Positions 21,551 to 32,184 of a DNA stretch of 64,000 nucleotides are shown one piece after another. Numbering within the stretch: position 1 is the first letter of the stretch; each line of letters opens with the position of its first letter. The DNA is from an uncultured Methanoregulaceae archaeon (lineage in GTDB: Archaea > Halobacteriota > Methanomicrobia > Methanomicrobiales > Methanospirillaceae), in assembly GCA_963841015.1 (NCBI GenBank), contig CAWJAX010000003.1:128001-192000 (forward strand). The letters are read 5' to 3'. A program made the translations under genes and the position numbers. A model generated the notes under the pieces. The model worked only from the letters and a program-made list of their open reading frames with translations. It did no database searches and was not told the origin of the DNA.

Positions 21551-22034
21551 TTTTTTTTACAATGTTGAAAATATGAGTTTTCATAAATTACCCTGAAAAC
21601 TTTTTAAAAAGTGTCCGGAGAAAACAGACAAGAATTTTGTTCGATTCACTCCAAAACAACGAATATCCATCCGTTTATTTATGATGGATATCCGCCCCAG
21701 GGACTCTTTAGAGGCACGGCGGCAGGAGGATTTTTTGAATTTTCATTCCCCGATCCGCCGCAAGGGTGCCTTTGTGTGCTGCCGTTGCAACCATTGTTCG
21801 AGATGGGGAGAGGTAACAAATTCAGAATCAGATCTGAACACAATGATTTTCACGGGAAACGTGCATGAATCAAAGACTCAGGCAAAATTATGAATAATCC
21901 TCAGTCTTTCGTCGTAATTCCTTAAATTATTCTGTGAAATGGTGTTGGTAAACACTGTGACGTATGATGTTTCATTTCACGGGGTACTGGAGTTCAGTCC
22001 CGGAGTACACAAAAACCGTAAGGGGTGAGGAGAC

Positions 22035-22418
22035 TTACTTTTTTTTCGCAAGGGTATCAAGAGAAATCTCGATTACGGTATGAAGTTCGTTTTCGGTAAA
22101 CGGTTTCAGGATATATCCATAGGGAACGCTGGCACCAACTCTCTCCAGAGTTTTAGCGTCACATATTGCTGTAATATAAATTACCGGAATATGATATTTT
22201 TTCCTGATGGTAGCAGCTGCTTCTACACCATCCATCTTTCCGGCAAGTTCGATGTCCATCAGGACAATATCCGGACGCAGCTCCCCGGCCTTCTGTATGG
22301 CATCTTCTGCTATAGTCTCGGATCCTACCACATGGTAGCCAAATTTTTTGAGCATTATATTCAGAGTTTCGGCTACTTCAGCTTCATCCTCAACAACCAA
22401 TATTTTTGCCCGTGTCAT
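22035..22418 (-). CDS. Stand-alone response-regulator receiver
   Basis: KILVVEDE, PDIVLMDI, DG, IYITA, YILKPF. Confidence 0.93.
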   Translation of the reverse strand: MTRAKILVVEDEAEVAETLNIMLKKFGYHVVGSETIAEDAIQKAGELRPDIVLMDIELAGKMDGVEAAATIRKKYHIPVIYITAICDAKTLERVGASVPYGYILKPFTENELHTVIEISLDTLAKKK

Positions 22419-22815
22419 GATGTAATGTTTATGATTTTGTTGAAGGGTTATTTGAATTGATTGATTTATGCTTGGTTTAATGTACGTTATTTTTTTTTGG
22501 ATCGTTTCTATAAGTTTTTTGAATTTGCATATCAGACCGCAAAAGTGTCACTATTATATCTTTCAAAAATATTCGAGAATTTCTTTAGTCACCAGTCCCC
22601 AACATCGTAGGGAATTTTCGCGTCATCGTATTAATGGGCATTATTTCAACTACTGGCCAGCTTATGCTCACAATTAGCGCGATGGTTTCCTAAGATCTTT
22701 ACAAAAAAAGTTTTTAGGAAACAAGACCCGCTGGCACATCGCAAAACATACTTTCTCTAAAAAAAAAATTCCCACCACGCGAACCATTTAAATCCTGCAG
22801 GCTAACGTATCTGTA

Positions 22816-24132
22816 GTGAAAACTGCAATTCTGGGGGGGGGTCTTTCCGGGCTTACGCTCGCCCGGCTCCTGCAGGAACAAGGCGAAGAGGTAACGGTTC
22901 TTGAAGCGGAGCCGGAATATGGGGGATTGTGTCGGTCAAAAACCGATCAGGGATTTACTTTTGATACCGGCGGTTCACACATCATCTTCTCCCGTGATGA
23001 TGAAGTACTCGCGTTCATGCGCAGGATGATTGCCGGTAATGAAGAACGCAACAACCGCACCACGAAAATTTTTTATAAGCAGCAATTTGTGAAATATCCC
23101 TTTGAAAACGGACTATCTGATTTGCCCCAGGAAGACCGGTTTTTATGTATCAACGAATTTATTAAGACCCTGATTGCAGTTGGAAAGGGTGAGATTCCGC
23201 CACCCGCAAACTTTCGGGAATGGATATACTATACATTCGGTAGCGGTATTGCCGAATGTTACATGATTCCTTACAATGAGAAAATCTGGAAGTATCCGAC
23301 CGACAAAATGTCCCTTCACTGGGTTGACGGGCGCATTCCCCGTCCTCCTGTTGAGGATATAATAAAATCCGCGATTGGAATCAACACCGAAGGATACACC
23401 CATCAGGCAATTTTTTCCTACCCGCTTGACGGCGGGATTAAAGCACTCGTGCGTGCAATCGCACAACCCATTGAACCGTGTATTAAAACCGGATTCAGGG
23501 TTACATCGATCATAAAATCTGGTGAGAAATGGCAGATCAGCAATGGTGATGAACGTATGCAGGCAGACCGGTGCATCTGCACGATGCCGGTGCAACACCT
23601 GTTGTCCTGCCTTAATGATGTCCCCCCCGATGTGAAAAATGCGGCAGACGGATTAACGTATAATTCGCTGGTGTGTGTCAATATCGGGATCCGCGGATAC
23701 GTGCCGGAAATTTCCTGGATTTATATTCCTGATCCTGCTGTGGGAAGGACAAACCGGATCTCCTTCCCTTCAGGGTACAGCCGCCATGCTGCCCCGGCTG
23801 GCTGCAGTGCGATCCTTGCTGAAATAACTCACCAGCCCGGAGATGACATTGCCAGTCTGACTGATGATAAACTCAAAAGCGAAGTCGTTGACATGCTCCA
23901 GAGCATGCAAATCCTGCATAAGGATCAGATTATCTATATTTCTGTGGAGCGGCAGCCTTTTGCCTATGTGGTCTATGATCTTGATTACCAGAAAAATATC
24001 GCAATTATAAAAGCGTATTGCATGAAAATTGGTATTCCGCTTATTGGCAGATTCGCGCAATTCGAGTATCTGAATATGGATGGTTGCATCAGAAGTGTAT
24101 TGGATTATGTCGCAAAGAAGAAACAGCGGTAA
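22816..24132 (+). CDS. FAD-dependent oxidoreductase, UDP-galactopyranose mutase-like (HemY/Glf superfamily)
   Basis: GGGLSGL, GGLCRS, GGSHIIFS, KYPFEN, PYNEKIW, GRFAQFEYLNMD. Confidence 0.8.
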   Translation: MKTAILGGGLSGLTLARLLQEQGEEVTVLEAEPEYGGLCRSKTDQGFTFDTGGSHIIFSRDDEVLAFMRRMIAGNEERNNRTTKIFYKQQFVKYPFENGLSDLPQEDRFLCINEFIKTLIAVGKGEIPPPANFREWIYYTFGSGIAECYMIPYNEKIWKYPTDKMSLHWVDGRIPRPPVEDIIKSAIGINTEGYTHQAIFSYPLDGGIKALVRAIAQPIEPCIKTGFRVTSIIKSGEKWQISNGDERMQADRCICTMPVQHLLSCLNDVPPDVKNAADGLTYNSLVCVNIGIRGYVPEISWIYIPDPAVGRTNRISFPSGYSRHAAPAGCSAILAEITHQPGDDIASLTDDKLKSEVVDMLQSMQILHKDQIIYISVERQPFAYVVYDLDYQKNIAIIKAYCMKIGIPLIGRFAQFEYLNMDGCIRSVLDYVAKKKQR

Positions 24133-24257
24133 TCGCTGTCATTGATATTTCCTTTACTGGGGTTATAATGGCCTGATAAACTGATTACGATGTAATCTCA
24201 TCGAACATCACCCTTATTATCAGTAAACATAAACAGTGTACAGGAGTTTTTTTCCCA

Positions 24258-24956
24258 ATGATATCGGTCATAATCCCGACCTTTAATGAAGAAGAGAATA
24301 TCGCTCAGTGTCTCGTGTCTCTCACCCATCAGACAGTAGCACGGACTGATTATGAGATTATCGTTGTGGATGGCGGTTCTAAGGACGCGAGCTGCACGAT
24401 CGCAGAAAAATATGCGGACAAAATTTTCACGCAGACAAGTAAAAAAGTTGGTGGTGCCCGAAATGACGGGTTCATGGCAGCGAAAGGAGATATTATTGCA
24501 ACGACTGATGCCGATTGTATCCTGCCTCCGACCTGGATCGAAACAATAAAAAAAGATTTTAAAGACGAACGTGTTGTTCAGTTGTATGGCCCCGTATACC
24601 CGATTGAGGTGGGGATTGGTAATAAATTATCATTATTGCTTGCCAACACATTTTCCCGTATCGGCTATTACAGCCAAACGTTCTATTATACCCTGGGCTG
24701 CAACACCGCCTTCCGGAAAGATGCGTTTATCAAAGCGGGAATGTACCGATGTTTCGATGCCGGAGATGACCTCGAGATCGCTTTACGGATGAAGGATCAG
24801 GGAAAGGTCATTTTTGATGGCAGGCTTAAAGTTGGTTTCTCAATGCGCCGGTATGCGCAGTTCGGAACAATAAAATCACTGTATGAATGGTTCTATATCG
24901 TATCTCGTGGCGGTGAAACTCATAAGTACTCCTATACTCAGAAAAAATACAAATGA
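24258..24956 (+). CDS. Glycosyltransferase family 2
   Basis: ISVIIPTFNEE, VVDGGSKD, ARNDG, TDADC, GDDLE. Confidence 0.92.
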   Translation: MISVIIPTFNEEENIAQCLVSLTHQTVARTDYEIIVVDGGSKDASCTIAEKYADKIFTQTSKKVGGARNDGFMAAKGDIIATTDADCILPPTWIETIKKDFKDERVVQLYGPVYPIEVGIGNKLSLLLANTFSRIGYYSQTFYYTLGCNTAFRKDAFIKAGMYRCFDAGDDLEIALRMKDQGKVIFDGRLKVGFSMRRYAQFGTIKSLYEWFYIVSRGGETHKYSYTQKKYK

Positions 24957-25050
24957 TGGCATCACTATTTTGTGTTCACCTGATCAAGCTTGGGTATAGG
25001 TAAAATTTTTTGACATATTATTTTATCTTTCTTCACATGAATTGTTACGT

Positions 25051-26130
25051 ATGCCAACCATGAAAATCCGCGGTGGAGACCTCGATCTTGTTGAGTATGA
25101 ATTCAATTCATTTCCCCCGGGAAAGAATCTCAAGACCCTTGGGTATGAAAAGAATAAATTCAGATTAAAAGCCGTGAAAGGAAAGATTAGCGTAATAGCC
25201 CCGGCGCGAATACATCTGACCGTACTGGACATGAACCGTTTTGCACCTGATCATCCCGGGGGAGGGGGAATCGGATTTGCCATACAGTGCTATTGCACGG
25301 CCGAAGTAGAATGTACAAAAAAAGGTGTTGAGATTGACTATAGTCGCTCATCCATAATTGAAAATTTTGTCGCAGTCTTCAAAAAAACCGTCGGATATAC
25401 CGGCGGATTTAGGATAAAGGCGACTGACCATCAGCACAAACATGTGGGGCTTGGTTCTACCAGTACGGTCATGATTGCGGTCGCCACGGCTATGAATGAA
25501 GTTCTCGGCCAGCCTCTGACAAACGATCAGTTAAGAAAACTGATAGGGCATAATTATGTTGAGGAGACTGCAGATGGAAACATCGCATTTGGTTTTGAAA
25601 CAGGTGTCGGTCCCGCGGTAAGCACACACGGGGGTATGGCAATACTTGGCGATGAACTCAGTCTCGTCTACCATCATTCGTTCGCTGAAGGAAAAAATGT
25701 CTATATTATAATCCCCCCCACGGATATCTCTTCTGCCGGTACACAGGAATTTGATCTCCTCATGAACAAGGCCCGGACACTGGATTATCGGGACCGTGAA
25801 CTCAAAGCATATCTCTTCCTGATGGATCTCGTCCCGGCGCTTGAACAGGATGACCTGAAAAAAGCTGGAGATGTAATCTGGGAGATCGAATTCCGGGGCT
25901 CAAAAAGAGCTGAAGTTGAACACCATAGTTTTGAGATCTATCATTATATGAGTAAGCTCCGCGACGCAAAACTGGAATTCGTGGGAATGAGTTCAGTGGG
26001 GCCATCCATCGCTGTTGTTACAAGACTTAACCAGAAAGCACTGGAAAAAATTCTTAAACCCCTGGGTCTTGCTATCGCGATTGTCACCAGGGTTGATAAC
26101 GAAGGATTAAAAATTATGAGCAAAAAATAA
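25051..26130 (+). CDS. GHMP-kinase superfamily protein, beta-RFAP synthase-like (divergent)
   Basis: PARIHL..LD, HVGLGSTS, GVGPAVSTHGG, GMSSVGP. Confidence 0.75.
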   Translation: MPTMKIRGGDLDLVEYEFNSFPPGKNLKTLGYEKNKFRLKAVKGKISVIAPARIHLTVLDMNRFAPDHPGGGGIGFAIQCYCTAEVECTKKGVEIDYSRSSIIENFVAVFKKTVGYTGGFRIKATDHQHKHVGLGSTSTVMIAVATAMNEVLGQPLTNDQLRKLIGHNYVEETADGNIAFGFETGVGPAVSTHGGMAILGDELSLVYHHSFAEGKNVYIIIPPTDISSAGTQEFDLLMNKARTLDYRDRELKAYLFLMDLVPALEQDDLKKAGDVIWEIEFRGSKRAEVEHHSFEIYHYMSKLRDAKLEFVGMSSVGPSIAVVTRLNQKALEKILKPLGLAIAIVTRVDNEGLKIMSKK

Positions 26131-26297
26131 TTTCTTTGCATTTTTCCTTACCCGCATTTATGCTTTTATAGCGTGCGTTGGAAAAAGCACCATTTTCTGA
26201 TGAACTTTAAAGAGATTTGGCAGGTAACTAACGCATTATAATGGAGGGCAGTGTTGTAGGGAAGAGTTACTGGATTTCCTGCGGGATACCACCCCCT

Positions 26298-26921
26298 TCA
26301 TCCATATCTGGTAAAGATTGCCTGTATTTCTGACCGTACCAGGGTATTACCCAAAATCCGCATCGGCCATTGATGTATACAAATTGACACTAAAGTGAAT
26401 TTTGAAAAAAGATTGATGACCTCCTCCTGGGTAAAGTAATGAGTAATTATTCCAGGGCTACGCCAAAAAGTCGCCGGTTCGGTTTCATTCCCTTTACCAA
26501 ACCTGAAATCATTGATAGAAAAATCAGAAAAAAAGAGGGTTCCCCCGGGTTTAAGGATATGCGGTAGTTCTGATATGATCCGTAATCTGTCCACTTTATG
26601 CATATGACCAATAACATGCAGTGCAAAAACTGCATCAAACGAGTTATTCTTAAAAGGGAGATAACGGGCATCTGCAACCATCACATCTCCGTGAGAGGCA
26701 CCCCAATCCAGCCTCTTACTCAACGTGACCGCTCGTGAAGCAAAATCGATTGCGGTAACATCCCACCCCCGCTGAATCATTGCGGTGAGTGTTTTTCCAT
26801 TACCACACCCAAGTTCAAGCACACGAGACCGTACAGGGATTTCTGGCAGATTGTGAGTTGCACCGCTCCAGAGCATTCCCCTGCGGGTATAATCTTCTTC
26901 CCAGGCTCCTGCGTCCGGCAT
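26298..26921 (-). CDS. Class I SAM-dependent methyltransferase
   Basis: VLELGCGNG, DARYLPF..FD, LKPGG. Confidence 0.9.
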   Translation of the reverse strand: MPDAGAWEEDYTRRGMLWSGATHNLPEIPVRSRVLELGCGNGKTLTAMIQRGWDVTAIDFASRAVTLSKRLDWGASHGDVMVADARYLPFKNNSFDAVFALHVIGHMHKVDRLRIISELPHILKPGGTLFFSDFSINDFRFGKGNETEPATFWRSPGIITHYFTQEEVINLFSKFTLVSICIHQWPMRILGNTLVRSEIQAIFTRYG

Positions 26922-26997
26922 GATACCATTCTCCCATTAGCAAGATATTTTTTTTACTTCATTTTCCTATACATTGCGGTAATCAAAAAAATGAGAA

Positions 26998-27372
26998 TCA
27001 GGTAAGGAATTGTTTTAGTCTCTGGGTCACAAGCCCGATAAGAACATCTGTTGAATCAATGCGGTTAATTTCATCGGTATTGATCAGCTCGTGAAAGGAC
27101 GTTCCTGACTGAATATATATGGCTGGGACAGAAAGTTTCTGCGTCCCGCACAGCTGAAAAAATTCATCACGATAGAGAAACCTTGATGGAAAGCCGAGAT
27201 CGTTAATGAACCGTTTCCATGCCTTTTTCACACCGACCGGACTGGAGATCAAAGCAAAAAGGTTGCACCGTGGAGTTTTGGAAGATATCATACTATGTCG
27301 ATAATCCGACATGCCCGACAGGTTACCTCTGTCAATGTCATATACAAACAACAGGACCATTCCGGACTGCAT
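26998..27372 (-). CDS. Conserved hypothetical protein
   Basis: 124-aa ORF with LFVY..D.G, CNLFALI, FLYRDEF, resembling a small conserved family of unknown function. Confidence 0.65.
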   Translation of the reverse strand: MQSGMVLLFVYDIDRGNLSGMSDYRHSMISSKTPRCNLFALISSPVGVKKAWKRFINDLGFPSRFLYRDEFFQLCGTQKLSVPAIYIQSGTSFHELINTDEINRIDSTDVLIGLVTQRLKQFLT

Positions 27373-27594
27373 AGTACATTTCCATTTCTTTCCGATGATT
27401 TAATGATTGGGTTTAATCAACCGAGGATTTTTTTTGATCTGCCACTCTCGAGAATACCTTTTGGTATGCAGGACACATCCCTATCAGCGAATCCGGGTTA
27501 TGTTTTTTGTTGCATGATACATGCAAAAGTGATAAAGTATGATGCCGGTTCATTCTATAGTAAACAGATACACAATCACGAGAAGGTAAATTTA

Positions 27595-28872
27595 ATGTTA
27601 GACCTCAGGTTTGTTCGATCCAGCCCGGATGTGATCAGGGCAGATCTTAAAAAACGCAACGATAGCGAAAAGCTCGCGTGGGTAGATGACCTGCTCATAA
27701 AAGATATTCGGTCACGCGAACTCAAAATGGAGACTGATGTACTGCGCCAGCGCCGCAACACGATAGCCCGGGAGATTAACGCAGCACGAAAATCCGGACA
27801 GGATGCAAATGTTCTGTTAGCTGAAGCGGCAAATCTTCCCCAGAAAATCAGGGATCGGGATGCGGAACAAGAAGAGATCACAAAGGCGATTCACTTCTAT
27901 CTGATGCGCCTGCCTAATATCCTGCACGAAAGCGTTCCGGTTGGGAAAGACGACACCGAGAATGTGGAAATAAGATGTGTGGGCACGCAACGGGAATTCA
28001 ATTTTGAGCTGAAGAATCACGGGCAACTGGCTGCTGAACAGGGGTGGGCGGATTTTGAACGGGCGACAAAAATTTCCGGTGCGGGATTTTATTTCCTGAA
28101 AGGCAGCCTTGTCTTACTGGATTTAGCGCTTCAGCGATTTTCTCTTGATCTCCTGGCACACAAGGGTTACACGCCGGTAATCCCGCCGTATATGATCAAC
28201 CGGTCATCGTATGAAGGCGTTACGGATCTGGATGATTTTGAAAAAGTCATGTATAAAATTGAAGGGGATGATATGTACCTGATAGCAACGAGCGAGCACC
28301 CGATTGGTGCCATGCATCAGGACGAAATATTCGAAGAGAAGGATCTTCCTCTCCGGCTTGCGGGTATTTCACCCTGTTTCCGGAGGGAGATCGGCGCACA
28401 TGGGCTTGACACCAAAGGTCTGTTCCGCGTCCACCAGTTCACCAAAGTCGAGCAGTTCGTATTCTGCAGACCTGATGATTCGTGGCAGATTCATGAGGAA
28501 TTGCTCGCAAATGCTGAAGAGGTATTTCAGAAGCTCCGGATTCCGTACCGTGTTGTGTCAATATGTACAGGAGATATCGGAACGGTTGCAGCGAAAAAAT
28601 ATGACGTTGAAGCATGGATGCCCCGCGAGAAAGCATACAAGGAAGTTGTGTCATGCTCGAACTGTACCGCCTACCAGGCAGTCCGGCTCAATATCAGGGT
28701 CCGGGACAGGAATGATTTTGAATCCAAGCGCTATGTTCATACTCTCAATTCAACGGCAATTGCCACGTCACGGGTAATACGTGCCATCCTTGAAAACTTT
28801 CAGAACGAGGACGGTTCTGTGGAAATTCCTCCTGTACTCCGGCCTTACATGAACGACCGGGAATATCTCTGA
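27595..28872 (+). CDS. serS: Serine-tRNA ligase (bacterial/eukaryal type)
   Basis: MLDLRFVR start, LIATSEH, CFRREIG, GLFRVHQF.KVEQF, EVVSCSNC, HTLNSTA. Confidence 0.97.
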   Translation: MLDLRFVRSSPDVIRADLKKRNDSEKLAWVDDLLIKDIRSRELKMETDVLRQRRNTIAREINAARKSGQDANVLLAEAANLPQKIRDRDAEQEEITKAIHFYLMRLPNILHESVPVGKDDTENVEIRCVGTQREFNFELKNHGQLAAEQGWADFERATKISGAGFYFLKGSLVLLDLALQRFSLDLLAHKGYTPVIPPYMINRSSYEGVTDLDDFEKVMYKIEGDDMYLIATSEHPIGAMHQDEIFEEKDLPLRLAGISPCFRREIGAHGLDTKGLFRVHQFTKVEQFVFCRPDDSWQIHEELLANAEEVFQKLRIPYRVVSICTGDIGTVAAKKYDVEAWMPREKAYKEVVSCSNCTAYQAVRLNIRVRDRNDFESKRYVHTLNSTAIATSRVIRAILENFQNEDGSVEIPPVLRPYMNDREYL

Positions 28873-28961
28873 TTTTCTTTTAAAGCCATACCTTGAACTG
28901 ATTCCGGAATAAATACTTATTTTGCTGTTGATAACCTAACATTAGGAAAGGGTGTTGTACT

Positions 28962-30674
28962 GTGGGCTATCCTGAACTGGACCGTAATGAGTCCATAATC
29001 CTGGAAACGCGGAACATTAAATTCAAATCCATCTCATTTGATGCCATACTTACCGACAAGCGGATTATTCTTTCCGACAGCAAGAAGAATGTCATCCCTT
29101 CTCAGGATATCGCGCTCTCGACTATCAGGAATGTCGAAGCCGGGGAAAATGCCATACGGGACCACTTTTTGATTCTATCCATTATTACCGATTCCGGTGA
29201 AAAGCACCAGACGGTTCTCACCTTTATACGCCAGGCGGGTGGAGAAAGGAAAAGGGAATGCAGCGAATGGGCAAAGAAACTTAAAAGTCTGATACCTGAA
29301 CCAACTGGTGCGTTATCTCCTGCTGATGTTCCTTTGTCGAATGGGAAGCCCGGAATAAAAAGTGAAATCCTGACTCCATCACAAAGTGGAGCTGCGACTA
29401 CCCGTCCCGCAAAAAAGAAGATTGAAACTGCCCAGCCCTTAGGTAAGATTACTGAAAAAACTCCTGTTGCTCCAAAACCCAAAGAAACCTCCTCCCTTCC
29501 CACTGGTTTGTTCTGTTCGCGATGCGGCAATCGGGTTCCTTTCAAATCAACATTCTGCAACCATTGCGGCACACCGGTCAAATCCTCTTCTGAGAACGCA
29601 TCTGCACCAAAATCGGTCATAACTCAAGTGCCAGTCCCTCCTCCTGAATCCAGCCATGTTGGTACTGAATCGCCGGTACCGGTTCCCCCATCCCCAGCTC
29701 AGCCCGTCATACCTCACGAGCCGGTTCCTTCATCACCACCTCTGCCCTCTGTTACCAGAGTAACCCTTCCTTTTCCTGCACCGCAGATGGTCATTGGCGA
29801 AACACCGGTAACGGTACCGCCAGCTTCAGCTCCGCCCGCCATACCACGGGTACCGGTTCCCCCCCAAGCTGGTTCGGGCAGGGAAGACCCGAGTAGTCAA
29901 ATCAACCAGATAATCCATTCTATCGAACCCCTGATTGAAGACTCAGTGCCCCGCTCCCAGCAGCCAGCATCTCTTGATCAAAAACACGTGTATCCGGAAA
30001 AGACTGAACCTGCGGCCCCCGAACCCCCGGCAGCATCCCCTTCCCAAGTGGTATGGCCCGTGCTACCCAGCGCGGAATCTCCCGTGGTATCAACCCCGGA
30101 ATCAACAGCCATTGAATCCGGATCTCCCTCACCCCAACCGGTTCCTGGACCTGCGGGAAAAAAGCCAAATTATCTTGCGATCGGGATCCTTATTATCGCC
30201 ATCCTTCCTCTTATAGCTGGACTCGTAATTGTGGCAAACATCATGTCAGGGCCATCTGGTGTGCCTCCTGTGACCACTATACCCGTTACCACTTTGGCAA
30301 CCACAATTCCCCCTCCTCCACCGCAACCTACGGTTACACCAGAACTAACCTCAGCAATTACTCCGGGACCCACGCAAGTGATGATTCCTCCAAACGGGGT
30401 ATGGGTACGGGCATCTTATCCGGGTTCTTATATTGGATTGATTGGTACGCCCGGGAACCAGCTTGAAGTATCCGGCACCGGAGATAAGTTTTATCCGATC
30501 TCGACAAGTGACGGTATTGTCGCAGCAGCTCTCCAGAAAAAAGATGGTTCAGGAGATAAAATCATTCTGGAAGTTTATAAAAACGGTGTGATGCTCAAAC
30601 GTGAGTCGACTGTCACCCCGAAAGGTATCGTTGAGATTCAGCTGGATTTGAAAACTGTGCCCGGTGCCGGTTAA
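28962..30674 (+). CDS. Membrane protein: PH-like N-terminal domain, zinc ribbon, Pro-rich region, one TM helix, C-terminal extracellular domain
   Basis: LTDKRIIL; CSRCG...FCNHCG; long P-rich linker; hydrophobic YLAIGILIIAILPLIAGLVIVA; GVWVRASYPG...LQKKDGSG...LEVYKNG. Confidence 0.8.
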   Translation: MGYPELDRNESIILETRNIKFKSISFDAILTDKRIILSDSKKNVIPSQDIALSTIRNVEAGENAIRDHFLILSIITDSGEKHQTVLTFIRQAGGERKRECSEWAKKLKSLIPEPTGALSPADVPLSNGKPGIKSEILTPSQSGAATTRPAKKKIETAQPLGKITEKTPVAPKPKETSSLPTGLFCSRCGNRVPFKSTFCNHCGTPVKSSSENASAPKSVITQVPVPPPESSHVGTESPVPVPPSPAQPVIPHEPVPSSPPLPSVTRVTLPFPAPQMVIGETPVTVPPASAPPAIPRVPVPPQAGSGREDPSSQINQIIHSIEPLIEDSVPRSQQPASLDQKHVYPEKTEPAAPEPPAASPSQVVWPVLPSAESPVVSTPESTAIESGSPSPQPVPGPAGKKPNYLAIGILIIAILPLIAGLVIVANIMSGPSGVPPVTTIPVTTLATTIPPPPPQPTVTPELTSAITPGPTQVMIPPNGVWVRASYPGSYIGLIGTPGNQLEVSGTGDKFYPISTSDGIVAAALQKKDGSGDKIILEVYKNGVMLKRESTVTPKGIVEIQLDLKTVPGAG

Positions 30675-30924
30675 AAAAATTGGTGATTATGTAACATCCA
30701 GATAACCTCTTTTTCCGTTCCGAAAAATTATATGACTCAAAGGACCTGAAAACTGTTTTTTTTTAGAGAAAACCGGAAATCAGGTTAATCTGTTCATTAA
30801 TACATGGGGAGTATTGATATTTTACCGACTGGTTTGAAAAAGACCTTTGTTAACAAATCAATCAAATAATCGCATATGATTATAATCAAAACTTTTAACT
30901 CAGGAATACATCGTTAAAACAGAA

Positions 30925-30999
30925 TGCTGCTATGGGGATTCGAACCCCAGTCGCGGGCGTGAAAGGCCCGCATGATTGGCCGGACTACACTATAGCAGC
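30925..30999 (-). tRNA. tRNA-Glu (UUC)
   Basis: GCTGCTA acceptor stem, anticodon arm CGGGC-CTTTCAC-GCCCG, T loop GTTCGAATC; no intron, no encoded CCA. Confidence 0.96.
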
Positions 31000-31096
31000 G
31001 CGTTGTTGCTTTATCTAATTTCTCGGCACCTGATAAATAGATTATGGAACAGGAAAAAATGGATGCTTACAGGGTATTTCCGGTAAAATTTTTTTA

Positions 31097-31969
31097 TTAT
31101 TTTTTATTGATAGAGTGACCTTCCGTTTCAGTCACCGTTTTGAACGCAGCCATCAGCTGTCGGGTGACTGGCCCGGGCTTGCCGGTTCCGATTGTCCGCC
31201 CGTCCACCCAGGTGATCGGAGCGACTTCAGCTGCGGTTCCGGTACAGATCATCTCGTCTGCAGAATAGAGATCAAAATACCCGATGTTCTGCTCCTTAAC
31301 GGTAATGCCGAGAGATTTTGCAAGTTCTAGCAGAACCATGCGGGTGATACCTCGGAGATTGTTAAGGGTCGGTGGTGTGATAATTTCACCATTTTTCACG
31401 ACATAGAGATTGTCGCCGGAACCTTCAGATACGTAACCATTCGTGTCAAAGAAGATTGCCTCATCGCCGCCTTTATAGTTCGCTTCAATCTTTGCAAGGA
31501 TATTGTTGAGATAATTCAGGCTTTTTACATTCGGTGGGAGTGCATCTGCGGGATTCCTCCGCACTGATACAGTCACCGCCCTGAGACCCTTGTCATACAG
31601 ATCGCCATACATCGCACCCCAGCTGGTGGCAATCACAATAACAGAAGGTTTCGGGCACTTGCGCGGATCAAGACCGAGATCTCCTACACCCCTGCTGATG
31701 ATTGGCCTGATGTAGGCGTTGGTTAATTTGTTCCTGCGCAACACTTCGCAGATTACTTCGGTCATCTCTTCTTTGGATAAAGGAGGCTGCAGGTCGATTG
31801 TTTTTGCCGAATCGAAGAGTCGATCAAGATGTTCTTTCAGACGGAAAATTCTGCCATTATAGGCACGGATGCCCTCAAACACACCGTCTCCATAGAGAAA
31901 ACCGTGATCAAAAACCGAGATTTTTGCCTGGTCGTCAGGAAGGTATTTACCATCAATGTAAATGATCAT
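31097..31969 (-). CDS. ilvE: Branched-chain amino acid aminotransferase
   Basis: [38 protein letters not shown]. Confidence 0.95.
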   Translation of the reverse strand: MIIYIDGKYLPDDQAKISVFDHGFLYGDGVFEGIRAYNGRIFRLKEHLDRLFDSAKTIDLQPPLSKEEMTEVICEVLRRNKLTNAYIRPIISRGVGDLGLDPRKCPKPSVIVIATSWGAMYGDLYDKGLRAVTVSVRRNPADALPPNVKSLNYLNNILAKIEANYKGGDEAIFFDTNGYVSEGSGDNLYVVKNGEIITPPTLNNLRGITRMVLLELAKSLGITVKEQNIGYFDLYSADEMICTGTAAEVAPITWVDGRTIGTGKPGPVTRQLMAAFKTVTETEGHSINKK

Positions 31970-32029
31970 AGCTTTTATGGGGTGTACTTGGTTTTGTAGT
32001 TTTTTCTTTTATCTGAACTGCTTCCCTGA

Positions 32030-32170
32030 AATACGATAACTCACAAACATACAATATGTCCCCATCATTCTCATCGCAGGAAGGAAAAGGCGCAGGGACG
32101 GTATGTCGTTTCTTCCATCGTACCCGTGCTTTTTACTTTTTGTAAAAAGTAAAAGGAATTTCAGAGAGCC
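32030..32170 (-). mobile_element. Truncated, degenerate copy C of the MITE-like repeat
   Basis: AATACGATAACTCACAAACA, TCATCGC, GCGCAGGGACGGTATG and AAAAGGAATTTCAGAGAGCC are collinear with 53921-54058. Confidence 0.65.
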
Positions 32171-32184
32171 TATAAATCAATTGC

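Noticed and set aside
26200-26297. ATGGAGGGCAGTG match to the repeat family
   Set aside because: Single short match with no collinear neighbouring blocks.
27295-27594. Long N-terminal extensions given by the ORF track for serS (also arcS, asd, pcn, hypC, TIGR00300)
   Set aside because: Family-typical starts lie downstream; the extensions overlap promoters or neighbouring genes.
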